Shown in pieces: positions 24,896-32,686 of a stretch of DNA of 53,346 nt. How positions within the stretch are numbered: position 1 is the stretch's first letter; every line of letters starts with the position of its first letter. The position numbers were made by a program, and so were the translations under genes. This DNA comes from a virus (lineage: Duplodnaviria > Caudoviricetes), in IMG/VR virus record IMGVR_UViG_3300037187_000021, positions 1 through 53,346 of that record, one strand, 5' to 3'. The notes beneath the pieces were generated by a model, which ran no database searches, was not told the origin of the DNA, and saw only the letters and a list, made by a program, of their open reading frames with translations.

Positions 24896-25690
24896 TTAGG
24901 CTACCGCTGCTTTCTCAAGCTCGGCTAGGCGTTTCATATCGGCCAGCGCATCCTCATTGTTAGCGTAAAAATCCGGGATACGCTCAATTTTAGGATCGCT
25001 CTTGAGATAGATCATAGCTGCGGCTGCTGCCGTACCCATAGCCCATTCCAAGGCCTTTCCGCCTTCACCGGCCAGTGTAACCACCCATCCGGCGCGGCAA
25101 TGCGTTGTCTCGCATTTGTGCCATTTTGACATATCCAAAGCTTCAGGAGGAACGGAAGCGGCTTGATAAACGGTCTGGTGGATGTCCTTGATGAAAGGAA
25201 CGCCGCGCAGGTTGCTGCCGCTCAAATCGCTGCCGCGCAAATCGCTGTCGCTCAAATCGCTGTCGCTCAAATTGCTGCCGCTCAAATCGCTGCCGCTCAA
25301 ATCGCTGCCGCTCAAATCGCTGCCGCGCAAATCGCTGTCGCTCAAATTGCTGCCGCTCAAATCGCTGTCGCTCAAATCGCTGCCGCGCAAATCGCTGTCG
25401 CGCAAATCGCTGCCGCGCAAATCGCTGCCGCTCAAATCGCTGTCGCGCAAATCGCTGCCGCGCAAATCGCTGCCGCTCAAATCGCTGCCGCTCAAATCGC
25501 TGCCGCGCAAATAGCTGCCGCGCAAATTGCTGCCGCTCAAATCGCTGTCGCTCAGGTCTTTCTTTTCTGCAAGCGCCTTTTTAATCGCCTCCCCGCGTTG
25601 CGTGCGAAGCGAATCATTTTTGTGCTTGTCGTCGATCTCGACTTCAAAGGCTGTTTCCGACGACCAGCGGCGTTCAAACGTGATTTTCAT
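24896..25690 (-). CDS. Pentapeptide-repeat protein with C-terminal C.TTHCRAGW domain
   Basis: About 24 S(D/N)L(S/R)(G/D) units encoded by a 15-bp tandem repeat; RBS AAAAGGA. Confidence 0.9.
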   Translation of the reverse strand: MKITFERRWSSETAFEVEIDDKHKNDSLRTQRGEAIKKALAEKKDLSDSDLSGSNLRGSYLRGSDLSGSDLSGSDLRGSDLRDSDLSGSDLRGSDLRDSDLRGSDLSDSDLSGSNLSDSDLRGSDLSGSDLSGSDLSGSNLSDSDLSDSDLRGSDLSGSNLRGVPFIKDIHQTVYQAASVPPEALDMSKWHKCETTHCRAGWVVTLAGEGGKALEWAMGTAAAAAMIYLKSDPKIERIPDFYANNEDALADMKRLAELEKAAVA

Positions 25691-25757
25691 CTGATGTTCC
25701 TTTTGGTTAGAGCCGGAAAGGATGGGCAGTTTCCTGCCCATCCCTCACCCAGCAGGG

Positions 25758-25976
25758 TTACTTCACTCTGCGCACGCGTCCGAATTTCTTGAGCCAGCTT
25801 GTCGTGATCTTCCATCCCTTGCGTGTGGCGAGAAGGTGGGCATAGGCTTGAGCACGTTCCCATTGCGCCCGATCGGTAACTTCCACGCAGTCGCCGACCG
25901 CCATATTCCGAAACGGCCATACCTCGCGGGTTTCGCCAGCGGACACGGGAACATTCTTTTTGATTTTCAAAGCCAT
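25758..25976 (-). CDS. Small putative DNA-binding protein (paralog of 27418..27663)
   Basis: I.KNVP...WPF..M.VGDC...R.V; RBS AGGAGG. Confidence 0.8.
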   Translation of the reverse strand: MALKIKKNVPVSAGETREVWPFRNMAVGDCVEVTDRAQWERAQAYAHLLATRKGWKITTSWLKKFGRVRRVK

Positions 25977-25995
25977 GATTTTTCCTCCTTTCACC

Positions 25996-26023
25996 ATTCT
26001 ATACAGTTACGACTTTTAGTCAA
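25996..26023 (-). promoter_or_regulatory. Sigma70-type promoter
   Basis: TTGACT-16 bp-TAGAAT. Confidence 0.6.
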
Positions 26024-26250
26024 CCACGAATTTATGCCAGCGTAGCCATTGCCGCAAAGCCTTGTGGCGCAACAGAAAACGATGGAACCAGCCGGTATCG
26101 GGATAGCGTTTGATGCTTCCCCCGGCAGCCAGAAGGGGACAATTAAGGGGGAAAAGAATCCAGATGGTCAAGAGCTTAAGAAGCTTTATATCTGCAATCC
26201 CTTGGGCATATGCGGGGGAGCGTCCATAAGTAACGTTATATGTAGCAAGG

Positions 26251-26439
26251 TTATATGTCATGCTTTTCCCTTTCCACCAGAAAGCTCGGTTGATTGGCGG
26301 CCCGGCGCGCGGCTTCCGAAATGAACATGTTGCAGGTGATCAACGCGGCGTCGCGGCCAGCCGTTCCTTCGGGCATGCGCTCGATATCGTACCTGGCGAG
26401 CGTGACGGCGCTCAGGTCGCTAATGGCGTCTTTGCTCAT
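26251..26439 (-). CDS. Hypothetical protein
   Basis: ATGA-coupled in the early array. Confidence 0.55.
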   Translation of the reverse strand: MSKDAISDLSAVTLARYDIERMPEGTAGRDAALITCNMFISEAARRAANQPSFLVEREKHDI

Positions 26440-26603
26440 GGTGTTAACCTTTCATCAGGGATAAGGGATAGCTGGTCGCGTTCATTCGAGAATAAACCCT
26501 CGTTTGCCGGGCGCTGGATAGCCCTGCCACGCAGCCGGCCTTCGGAGACGGCCTCGCGGGCCTTGGCGGCCTGTGAAGCGCTGGAGGGGGCTGGGAGGAG
26601 CAT
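26436..26603 (-). CDS. Small hypothetical protein
   Basis: MLLPAPSSASQ...GLFSNERDQLSLI; RBS GGAGGG, TGATG coupling. Confidence 0.55.
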   Translation of the reverse strand: MLLPAPSSASQAAKAREAVSEGRLRGRAIQRPANEGLFSNERDQLSLIPDERLTP

Positions 26604-26785
26604 CAGGCCGCCCTCCACGGCGTTATCTCGTAAAACCGTCCTGTTTCGAAGGAGAAGGAATAGATGCGCTCGGCATATTTCACGTTGCCCTTGCGGTCGA
26701 TGGTGAAATCGCTTGTGCCGAAAGCCCGCACGGCGGCGCGGTGGATGCGGCCGCGTTCGGAGGCGGAAAGGAGGGTCATGAGCAT
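26603..26785 (-). CDS. Hypothetical protein
   Basis: RBS GGAGGT. Confidence 0.6.
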   Translation of the reverse strand: MLMTLLSASERGRIHRAAVRAFGTSDFTIDRKGNVKYAERIYSFSFETGRFYEITPWRAA

Positions 26786-26787
26786 GA

Positions 26788-27009
26788 TTATACCTCCAGC
26801 TTGCAGGCTGGCAGGTACATGCGCGTAAGGCTGTGCTTGAACATCGCTCCGCCTTCATGGCAATCGCCCATGTACATGTAATTTCCCGCGAAGTTATCGG
26901 CGCTTTCATCCGCCGATAAAACGCCGCGTTTGATGGCGGCCTCGAATATCGCTTGCGGATCGCGGTAGCCAAGAAATTCGACGGCCTGTGTGTGTTGTGC
27001 GTGTGACAT
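26788..27009 (-). CDS. Hypothetical early protein
   Basis: First gene after a consensus promoter; RBS GAGGGG. Confidence 0.75.
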   Translation of the reverse strand: MSHAQHTQAVEFLGYRDPQAIFEAAIKRGVLSADESADNFAGNYMYMGDCHEGGAMFKHSLTRMYLPACKLEV

Positions 27010-27041
27010 CTTCTTCCCCCTCGTTTGATTGACGATAAGGC

Positions 27042-27070
27042 ATTATCTCATAAATGAGGGAATGTGTCAA
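27042..27070 (-). promoter_or_regulatory. Near-consensus sigma70 early promoter
   Basis: TTGACA-17 bp-GATAAT. Confidence 0.8.
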
Positions 27071-27082
27071 GTGTTATAAAAG

Positions 27083-27250
27083 TTAGTTACCACGGCAGCG
27101 CAAATCCCAACGGGGATCGCAAAGGCCGTTCGGGTTGTACGGCCCGGGCGAGGATGGCTTATCGAGGGACGTATAATCCGGCATGATATCCGCCCTGGCT
27201 GTCATCGGCATGGCGGCAATCAAGAGCAAAATCAGCAAGGCGTATTTCAT
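27083..27250 (-). CDS. Small secreted peptide (55 aa, absent from ORF track)
   Basis: MKYALLILLLIAAMPMTARA|DIMPDY...LCDPRWDLRCRGN; RBS GAAGGGA. Confidence 0.7.
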   Translation of the reverse strand: MKYALLILLLIAAMPMTARADIMPDYTSLDKPSSPGPYNPNGLCDPRWDLRCRGN

Positions 27251-27417
27251 GGCATGTTCCCTTCATGGTGGTGTTGATGGTTGATCGGCACGGCGTCTTC
27301 AGGTTTACGATATATCAGCCGCTGACGGCCATCTGTGCTTATTCGAAGCGGCTCATATTCAAGCGGCTTCATCTTCATCAAAATAAGGTTCCAGCCATTG
27401 CCGGTATGGCGATCTCA

Positions 27418-27663
27418 TCACTCCACCCGCCAGATTTTGCCATGCGCCCAAGGCTCGCCATCCGGTCGAATGCCCTTCTTTTCCCACCGGCACTTGAAAC
27501 GCCAGCCGCGTCTGTGCCCCACCATATGCGCCGCCTGACGCGCAGGAAACCAATCGCGCTCATATTCAACGATAAGGCAGTTTCCAACCTTCATGCGGTC
27601 AAATGGCCACTTGTGGCGGTCATTCTGAATCGGCATTGGGATGTCGGTGCGTATCATGTTCAT
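27418..27663 (-). CDS. Small putative DNA-binding protein (paralog of 25758..25976)
   Basis: I..DIP.P...KWPF..MKVGNC...IWRVE. Confidence 0.8.
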   Translation of the reverse strand: MNMIRTDIPMPIQNDRHKWPFDRMKVGNCLIVEYERDWFPARQAAHMVGHRRGWRFKCRWEKKGIRPDGEPWAHGKIWRVE

Positions 27664-27671
27664 GGTGTAAT

Positions 27672-27700
27672 AAGTTATAGTGTGTGTGGTTAAATGTCAA
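27672..27700 (-). promoter_or_regulatory. Sigma70-type promoter, possibly giving a leaderless mRNA
   Basis: TTGACA-17 bp-TAACTT, ATG 8 nt downstream, no RBS. Confidence 0.55.
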
Positions 27701-28102
27701 CGTGTAAGCGGTAATAGTTATAACTCTTTTTGTTTATTTGAAAATCGATTCTAACCCATTGACCGGACTGGCCCTTCTCTTATTTCAATATAATATATAT
27801 ATATGTTTAATATATAAAGAGAGAGAGTGGAGAGAGGGTCTCTACGCGCATAATTGAAATTCGAAGCGTTCTTTGTTTGATAGGCTAACTAAAATAATTA
27901 GCCGACTTATTTCTATTACTTATCACCTATCACCGTTCACGCAGTCATCAGCGCCGAATCAATCCTGATGCATAAACCTCTCGAAAACTTCGTGCATCCC
28001 TTCAAAAACTTCATCCTTCACGCAAAATCTTGAGCCTCGCCCCGTTCGTGTGTTATGTTTTTCAATCACTTAACCAAAATTGTTTTGTCGGGGGTGCCTT
28101 AA

Positions 28103-28621
28103 ATGCTCGAAGAAGTTCAACAAATACGGCCAAAAAATAAGGGCGGTCGCCCGAAAGGCGTCAAAGACAAGCCGGATTACTACGTTCGCGGTCCATCGCT
28201 TGCGATCCCGTTTGAAACGCTGAAAGCGCGGCTGATTCATTGGGCTGAAACAAAAACCGTTGAGCAAATTCAAAAGCTGGTCGAGAATCCGAAGCTCTGG
28301 AAGCCGTTGCCGATGATCGACGCGCTATGTGCAAAGCAGCTCTGGCGCGCATGGGATGGCACAGGAGAAGATTTCAATCGCGTGCTGGATCGAATGATCG
28401 GCAAGCCGGTTCAAGCAATCACCGGCGAAGATGGCAAGCCGTTGCTGCCGCCGTCTGACATCAACGAAATCGCCCGGCGCACGGCGTTCTTGCTATCGAT
28501 GGCGATCAGCAATCCCGAAAAGGCGAATGCGCCAGTGCTCGAGCATCAGCCTGCATCGGAGGGGGTAACATTGGGGGTAACTGAAAAAGAAATAAATAGA
28601 AATGTTATTGATAACAAGTAG
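28103..28621 (+). CDS. terS: Terminase small subunit
   Basis: GGRPKG N-terminus, LDR..GKP.Q.ITG.DG.PL; upstream of TerL. Confidence 0.72.
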   Translation: MLEEVQQIRPKNKGGRPKGVKDKPDYYVRGPSLAIPFETLKARLIHWAETKTVEQIQKLVENPKLWKPLPMIDALCAKQLWRAWDGTGEDFNRVLDRMIGKPVQAITGEDGKPLLPPSDINEIARRTAFLLSMAISNPEKANAPVLEHQPASEGVTLGVTEKEINRNVIDNK

Positions 28622-28864
28622 TTATCGCTTGAGTTCGATGCCTCAATCAGCACTGTATAGCGTTTTCATTGGGAAAAAGTCCTATTAGATCGACACCCCC
28701 TTTTTGAGAATCCGAATTGTCTACTTGCACCAACCCCCACAAAATTTAATTTTTGAAATTTTTCATTTTTTTCTAAAATCTGCTCATGGCATCGACGCTA
28801 CGCCATGAAATTAATTCACTGGTTTACTTTCGCGAGCGATACGTCTTTGGATGCCAAAAAAAAA

Positions 28865-29038
28865 TCAAAACGCATCCCTGGGCATTTTTGTGATGCCTAG
28901 GGCTTGCATGATGCGGAAGTCTTTTTGGCGGCAGGCGTTGGAGCAGAAGCGCTGGTTTTCATTTTTTGGATAAAATTTTTCCTTGCAATTTTCGCAAGTT
29001 TTTTCGAGTGGCTGATTGCAATGGGGGCAGATGATCAT
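28865..29038 (-). CDS. Zinc-finger protein (57 aa, absent from ORF track)
   Basis: CPHC, CENC..KF, RFCSNACRQK; ATGA coupling. Confidence 0.7.
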   Translation of the reverse strand: MIICPHCNQPLEKTCENCKEKFYPKNENQRFCSNACRQKDFRIMQALGITKMPRDAF

Positions 29039-29280
29039 GCTGCGGCGAAAGCGGCTGCGACTTCTGGCAGGCGATCTTTGAAAATGGTAGCGAGCGCGGC
29101 GGGGTTATTTTTGTATTCCTGGTAGATGGACATTTCGAGGGCGTGGGCTTCGGCGTAGACCATTTGGGGCCAGCGGGTATGCCAGAATGTTTCGTCGTGC
29201 CAGAGTTTGTCATCGCCTGGTGTTTGCAGGACGGCTGTTATTTTTTGGAATAGTTGCTGGTGTTTGCGTTGCCAGTTCAT
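29035..29280 (-). CDS. Hypothetical protein
   Basis: Non-overlapping 3' part of the 29035..30327 ORF (MNWQRKHQ...); start uncertain. Confidence 0.5.
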   Translation of the reverse strand: MNWQRKHQQLFQKITAVLQTPGDDKLWHDETFWHTRWPQMVYAEAHALEMSIYQEYKNNPAALATIFKDRLPEVAAAFAAA

Positions 29281-29385
29281 GGGGACAGGGTGGCAAAAAC
29301 GCGCGCGTAACGCAACCTTGTTGCCGTTCCCTGCGGATTGGGACATTTTTGCTGGCATTGATTCGTTTTCACCCTGGAGGATCCT

Positions 29386-30303
29386 ATGGCTGGCACGCTG
29401 GAAATCGTAAAGTCTGAAATCGGGCGGTTGCTTGGTTTGGACGGGCATAATGATCCGGCGGAGACGAATGGCGAGTATGCGCCGTTTTTGACGGGATTTA
29501 ATCTGCGCGGGTTTCGGATTTATCCGATCAACAAGTTTGCGAATGACGGGTCGGATTACAAGGTTTCGCATCCGGTATTTTATTCGGAATTCTGGGATGA
29601 TTTTCTTGGCCATTCGATTGATTTGACCAAGTGGACGGAGCTGAAGGGTTCCGATGGGAGCACGGCATATCCGACGGTTGTGGCCACGCAGCCTTGCGGG
29701 GCAATCAATTTGACGACGGGTGCGGGGAGCACCCACACGATGGCGGTGAATGGATCGCAGATCGTTGGTGGCCGGAATTACCTGATTTCGAATGGCGCGA
29801 CACGGTATGAGGCTGCCGTCGGCGTAATTTCGGCGAATACCAGTCAGGCCTACAATATGGGCCTGACGGATGCGATTACGCTGCAAATGCCGTTTGCTTT
29901 GAGTGGCACGACCTTGACGGCGAATGCGACGAATGCGGTGGCGTTTGTGTGGGATGCGGCAGGCACCGGCGTGGATGCGACGCTGATTGCTGCGGCCGTG
30001 AATGCTGGTGGGGCGACGCAGAAGGTGGTTTGCGCGCAGCAGTATCTTGACCAGGCAGCGCCAGCGGCGGCGGCCTTGGCGATGAGCGATGCAACGCTTT
30101 ATCACAAATACCGGATCGATGTTGATCCGCTGGGTAACGCCAAGTTTTATGTTGACGACTGCTTGGTGGCTTCGATCGCTCTGGCGGTTGCGACCACGGC
30201 TGTTCTGGCACCTACGGTTGCGACATATTCCGAAGCAACCAGCGGCAGTCAGACGGTTCAGATCGATTACATCCTCACGGAACAACTGCGGCTCGTGGCG
30301 TAA
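29386..30303 (+). CDS. Putative virion accessory protein, lectin-like beta sandwich
   Basis: RBS GGAGG; FWDDF.G..ID..KW, YHKYRI, FYVD, .IDYI; A/T/G-rich. Confidence 0.75.
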   Translation: MAGTLEIVKSEIGRLLGLDGHNDPAETNGEYAPFLTGFNLRGFRIYPINKFANDGSDYKVSHPVFYSEFWDDFLGHSIDLTKWTELKGSDGSTAYPTVVATQPCGAINLTTGAGSTHTMAVNGSQIVGGRNYLISNGATRYEAAVGVISANTSQAYNMGLTDAITLQMPFALSGTTLTANATNAVAFVWDAAGTGVDATLIAAAVNAGGATQKVVCAQQYLDQAAPAAAALAMSDATLYHKYRIDVDPLGNAKFYVDDCLVASIALAVATTAVLAPTVATYSEATSGSQTVQIDYILTEQLRLVA

Positions 30304-30325
30304 GTCGGCCGCGTAGGAGAATCGC

Positions 30326-30694
30326 ATGAGCTTTACGCCAGAAATGGCCGCGATGAATGTGCTGTCGCAGGGGCATTATGCCTTCCCGTGGTGTTCGCAG
30401 TGGGTCGATAGCGTTCAGGTAACGGGTAGCGGGAATGTGCAGACGTACAACGTGGCGGCGTTGCGGACGGCGTTGGGGCTTCCGGCGCAAGCGGCGTTTT
30501 TCCTGATTTTCGGTTCCGACCAGCCGTTTTATTTCAACCCATATGCTGCGGCGGCGCTTCCAAGCGGCAATACGACGAACGGGGAAGCGTCGACCTATTC
30601 GCCGAACCAGCGGTATATCGATAAGTCGATCACGTCGTTGAGCTTTACGGCGGCGCAGCTTACGAATATTTCCCTGCAATTTTACCGGCCCTGA
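30326..30694 (+). CDS. Hypothetical, possibly structural protein
   Basis: RBS AGGAG; beta-rich. Confidence 0.75.
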   Translation: MSFTPEMAAMNVLSQGHYAFPWCSQWVDSVQVTGSGNVQTYNVAALRTALGLPAQAAFFLIFGSDQPFYFNPYAAAALPSGNTTNGEASTYSPNQRYIDKSITSLSFTAAQLTNISLQFYRP

Positions 30695-30716
30695 GACTGG
30701 CCGAGAAGGCCGTCCT

Positions 30717-32396
30717 ATGGAGCAGGTTGCCGTTCAGCCTCAATCCCAGCTTCTGGATCAGATCGTGGCGCGCATCGCCGCGATGACGCCGGAGCAGCGC
30801 AAGGAGCACGAGGCGAACGTGCTGGCGGCGACGGCCGGCATGAAATTCATTCCCTCGCCGGGCCCGCAGACGGACGCCTACCATTGCAAGGCGGATATCC
30901 TGCTTTATGGGGGGGAGGCGGGCGGCGGAAAATCCAGCCTTATCCTTGGGTTAGCATTGACGCAGCATAAGCGTTCGTTAATCATGCGGCGCCAGTATAC
31001 CGATTTGTCGGGCCTCACCGAGGAAATCCTTAAAATCAACGGCACGCGGCAGGGGTATAACGGCTCGATCCCGCCGACCTTGCGCACGGCGGACAACCGC
31101 ATGGTCGAGTTCGGCGCCGCCCAGCGCGCGGGGGATGAAGAGGCCTGGATGGGCCGGCCGCACGACCTGATCGGGATCGACGAGGCGTGGCAGATGTTGC
31201 AGAGCCAGATACGGTTTCTGATCGGGTGGCTGCGGACGACCGATGAGAAGCAGCGCACGCGCGTGGTGCTGGCGACGAACCCGCCTTTGTCGGCGGATGG
31301 CGAATGGCTGATATCGATGTTCGCGCCGTGGCTCGATCCCGGCTATCACCGGCCCGCGAAGCTTGGCGAGTTGCGCTGGTTCGTCACCGATGACGACGAC
31401 CGGGATATCGAGGTCGATAATGGCAAGCCCCATATTTTCGATACGGCAACGGCTGTTTGGCGGATTGCGACCGAGGATGAGTTGGCGCGGCACAAGCAAA
31501 AGGCATGCGGCGTTTTGAAGCCGATGAGCCGGACATTCATTCGCGCGTCGGTGAACGACAACCCTTTCCTCTCGAAAACCGATTATGCGTCGAAATTGGA
31601 CAGTCTGCCGCCAGCCATCCGCGCATCGCTGCGCGACGGCAATTTCATGGCGGGCCGGAAAGACGACCCCATGCAGGTCATACCGACCGATTGGCTGCGC
31701 CTGGCGCAGGGCCGCTGGTCGCCGAAACTGCCGGAAGGCGTCCCGATGTGCGCGGTGGGCGTCGACTGCTCGGGCGGTGGCGCCGATCCCACGGTTATCG
31801 CGCCGCGTTACGACGGCTATTTCCCGGCGCTGACGGAGATCCCCGGCCGCGAGACGCCGAACGGCGACGGCATCAGCGGCCATGTGATCAAGATCAGGCG
31901 CGATGGCGCGAAGGTCGGCATGGACATGGGCGGCGGCTATGGCAATTTGCCGTACAAGGAATTGAGAAATAACGATATTGAGGTCGCAGCCCACAAGGGA
32001 ACCGAGGGTTCGAACGGGCGCACACGAGACGCGGTGTATGGTTTTTACAACAAGCGCAGCGAGGTCATCTGGCGCTTCATGGAGGCGCTCGATCCGAATC
32101 AACCCGGCGGCTCCGTGGTGGCTTTGCCGCACGATCCCATTCTGATTGCCGATCTGGCGGCGGCGCGTTATGATGTGGTTCCTTACAAGGGCCGTTCGTG
32201 CATCCGCGTGGAATCAAAAGAAAAAATCAAGGAAAGGCTTGCCCGGTCGCCGAATCGCGGCGATGCCGTGCAGATCGCTCTGAGCGTCGGTACGCGCGCG
32301 TCGAATTATCAGGGCGGCTTTCAGGGCAAGTCGCGCGGAGAGAATATCAGGGTAAATCGCGGCCATGACCGGCAGCGGCAGATACTGAGAAACTAG
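30717..32396 (+). CDS. terL: Terminase large subunit
   Basis: YGGEAGGGKS Walker A, IGIDEA Walker B, ATNPP, nuclease VGVD...G.D and SPNRGDA. Confidence 0.95.
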   Translation: MEQVAVQPQSQLLDQIVARIAAMTPEQRKEHEANVLAATAGMKFIPSPGPQTDAYHCKADILLYGGEAGGGKSSLILGLALTQHKRSLIMRRQYTDLSGLTEEILKINGTRQGYNGSIPPTLRTADNRMVEFGAAQRAGDEEAWMGRPHDLIGIDEAWQMLQSQIRFLIGWLRTTDEKQRTRVVLATNPPLSADGEWLISMFAPWLDPGYHRPAKLGELRWFVTDDDDRDIEVDNGKPHIFDTATAVWRIATEDELARHKQKACGVLKPMSRTFIRASVNDNPFLSKTDYASKLDSLPPAIRASLRDGNFMAGRKDDPMQVIPTDWLRLAQGRWSPKLPEGVPMCAVGVDCSGGGADPTVIAPRYDGYFPALTEIPGRETPNGDGISGHVIKIRRDGAKVGMDMGGGYGNLPYKELRNNDIEVAAHKGTEGSNGRTRDAVYGFYNKRSEVIWRFMEALDPNQPGGSVVALPHDPILIADLAAARYDVVPYKGRSCIRVESKEKIKERLARSPNRGDAVQIALSVGTRASNYQGGFQGKSRGENIRVNRGHDRQRQILRN

Positions 32397-32407
32397 AGGA
32401 GAAAAAA

Positions 32408-32593
32408 ATGCCATCTCTTTTCAGCACACCCAAGGCGCCGTCCCTTCCCGCGCCGGTGCCGCAACCAGTTCCGACCGGTCCTAATCAGGCCCAGCAGGCG
32501 GCGCAGGCGGCCCAGACCATCGCCATGACGCAATCGCAAAGCGGGCGCGCGAGCACAAACCTTGTGCCGGGGACAACGCTGGGGCCGAGTTGA
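32408..32593 (+). CDS. Small virion protein preceding the portal
   Basis: P/Q-rich, GRAST.L...LG ending; position typical of podoviruses. Confidence 0.75.
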   Translation: MPSLFSTPKAPSLPAPVPQPVPTGPNQAQQAAQAAQTIAMTQSQSGRASTNLVPGTTLGPS

Positions 32594-32686
32594 TGTCGAT
32601 GCCAAACTTCAAAGACATCACTAGAGGTTGGCCTATTGAGGAAGCTTTATCTCGTCCGCAATCTACTGGTACAAGGGAGTTTGCCC

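Noticed and set aside
22073-25560. Possible CRISPR array, given the repeats and a Cas4-like gene
   Set aside because: The repeats are tandem coding repeats or gene-length-spaced junctions, not constant repeats with 30-40 bp spacers; Cas4-like nucleases are routine in Sak4 modules
25163-25792. AAQIA and KSLPL repeat ORFs on the plus strand
   Set aside because: Antisense shadows of the pentapeptide-repeat gene
29281-30327. Long minus-strand ORF 29035..30327 and similar long antisense ORFs (1342..2376, 30978..32132, 32855..34345)
   Set aside because: They overlap well-supported plus-strand genes and have the Arg-rich composition of shadow frames
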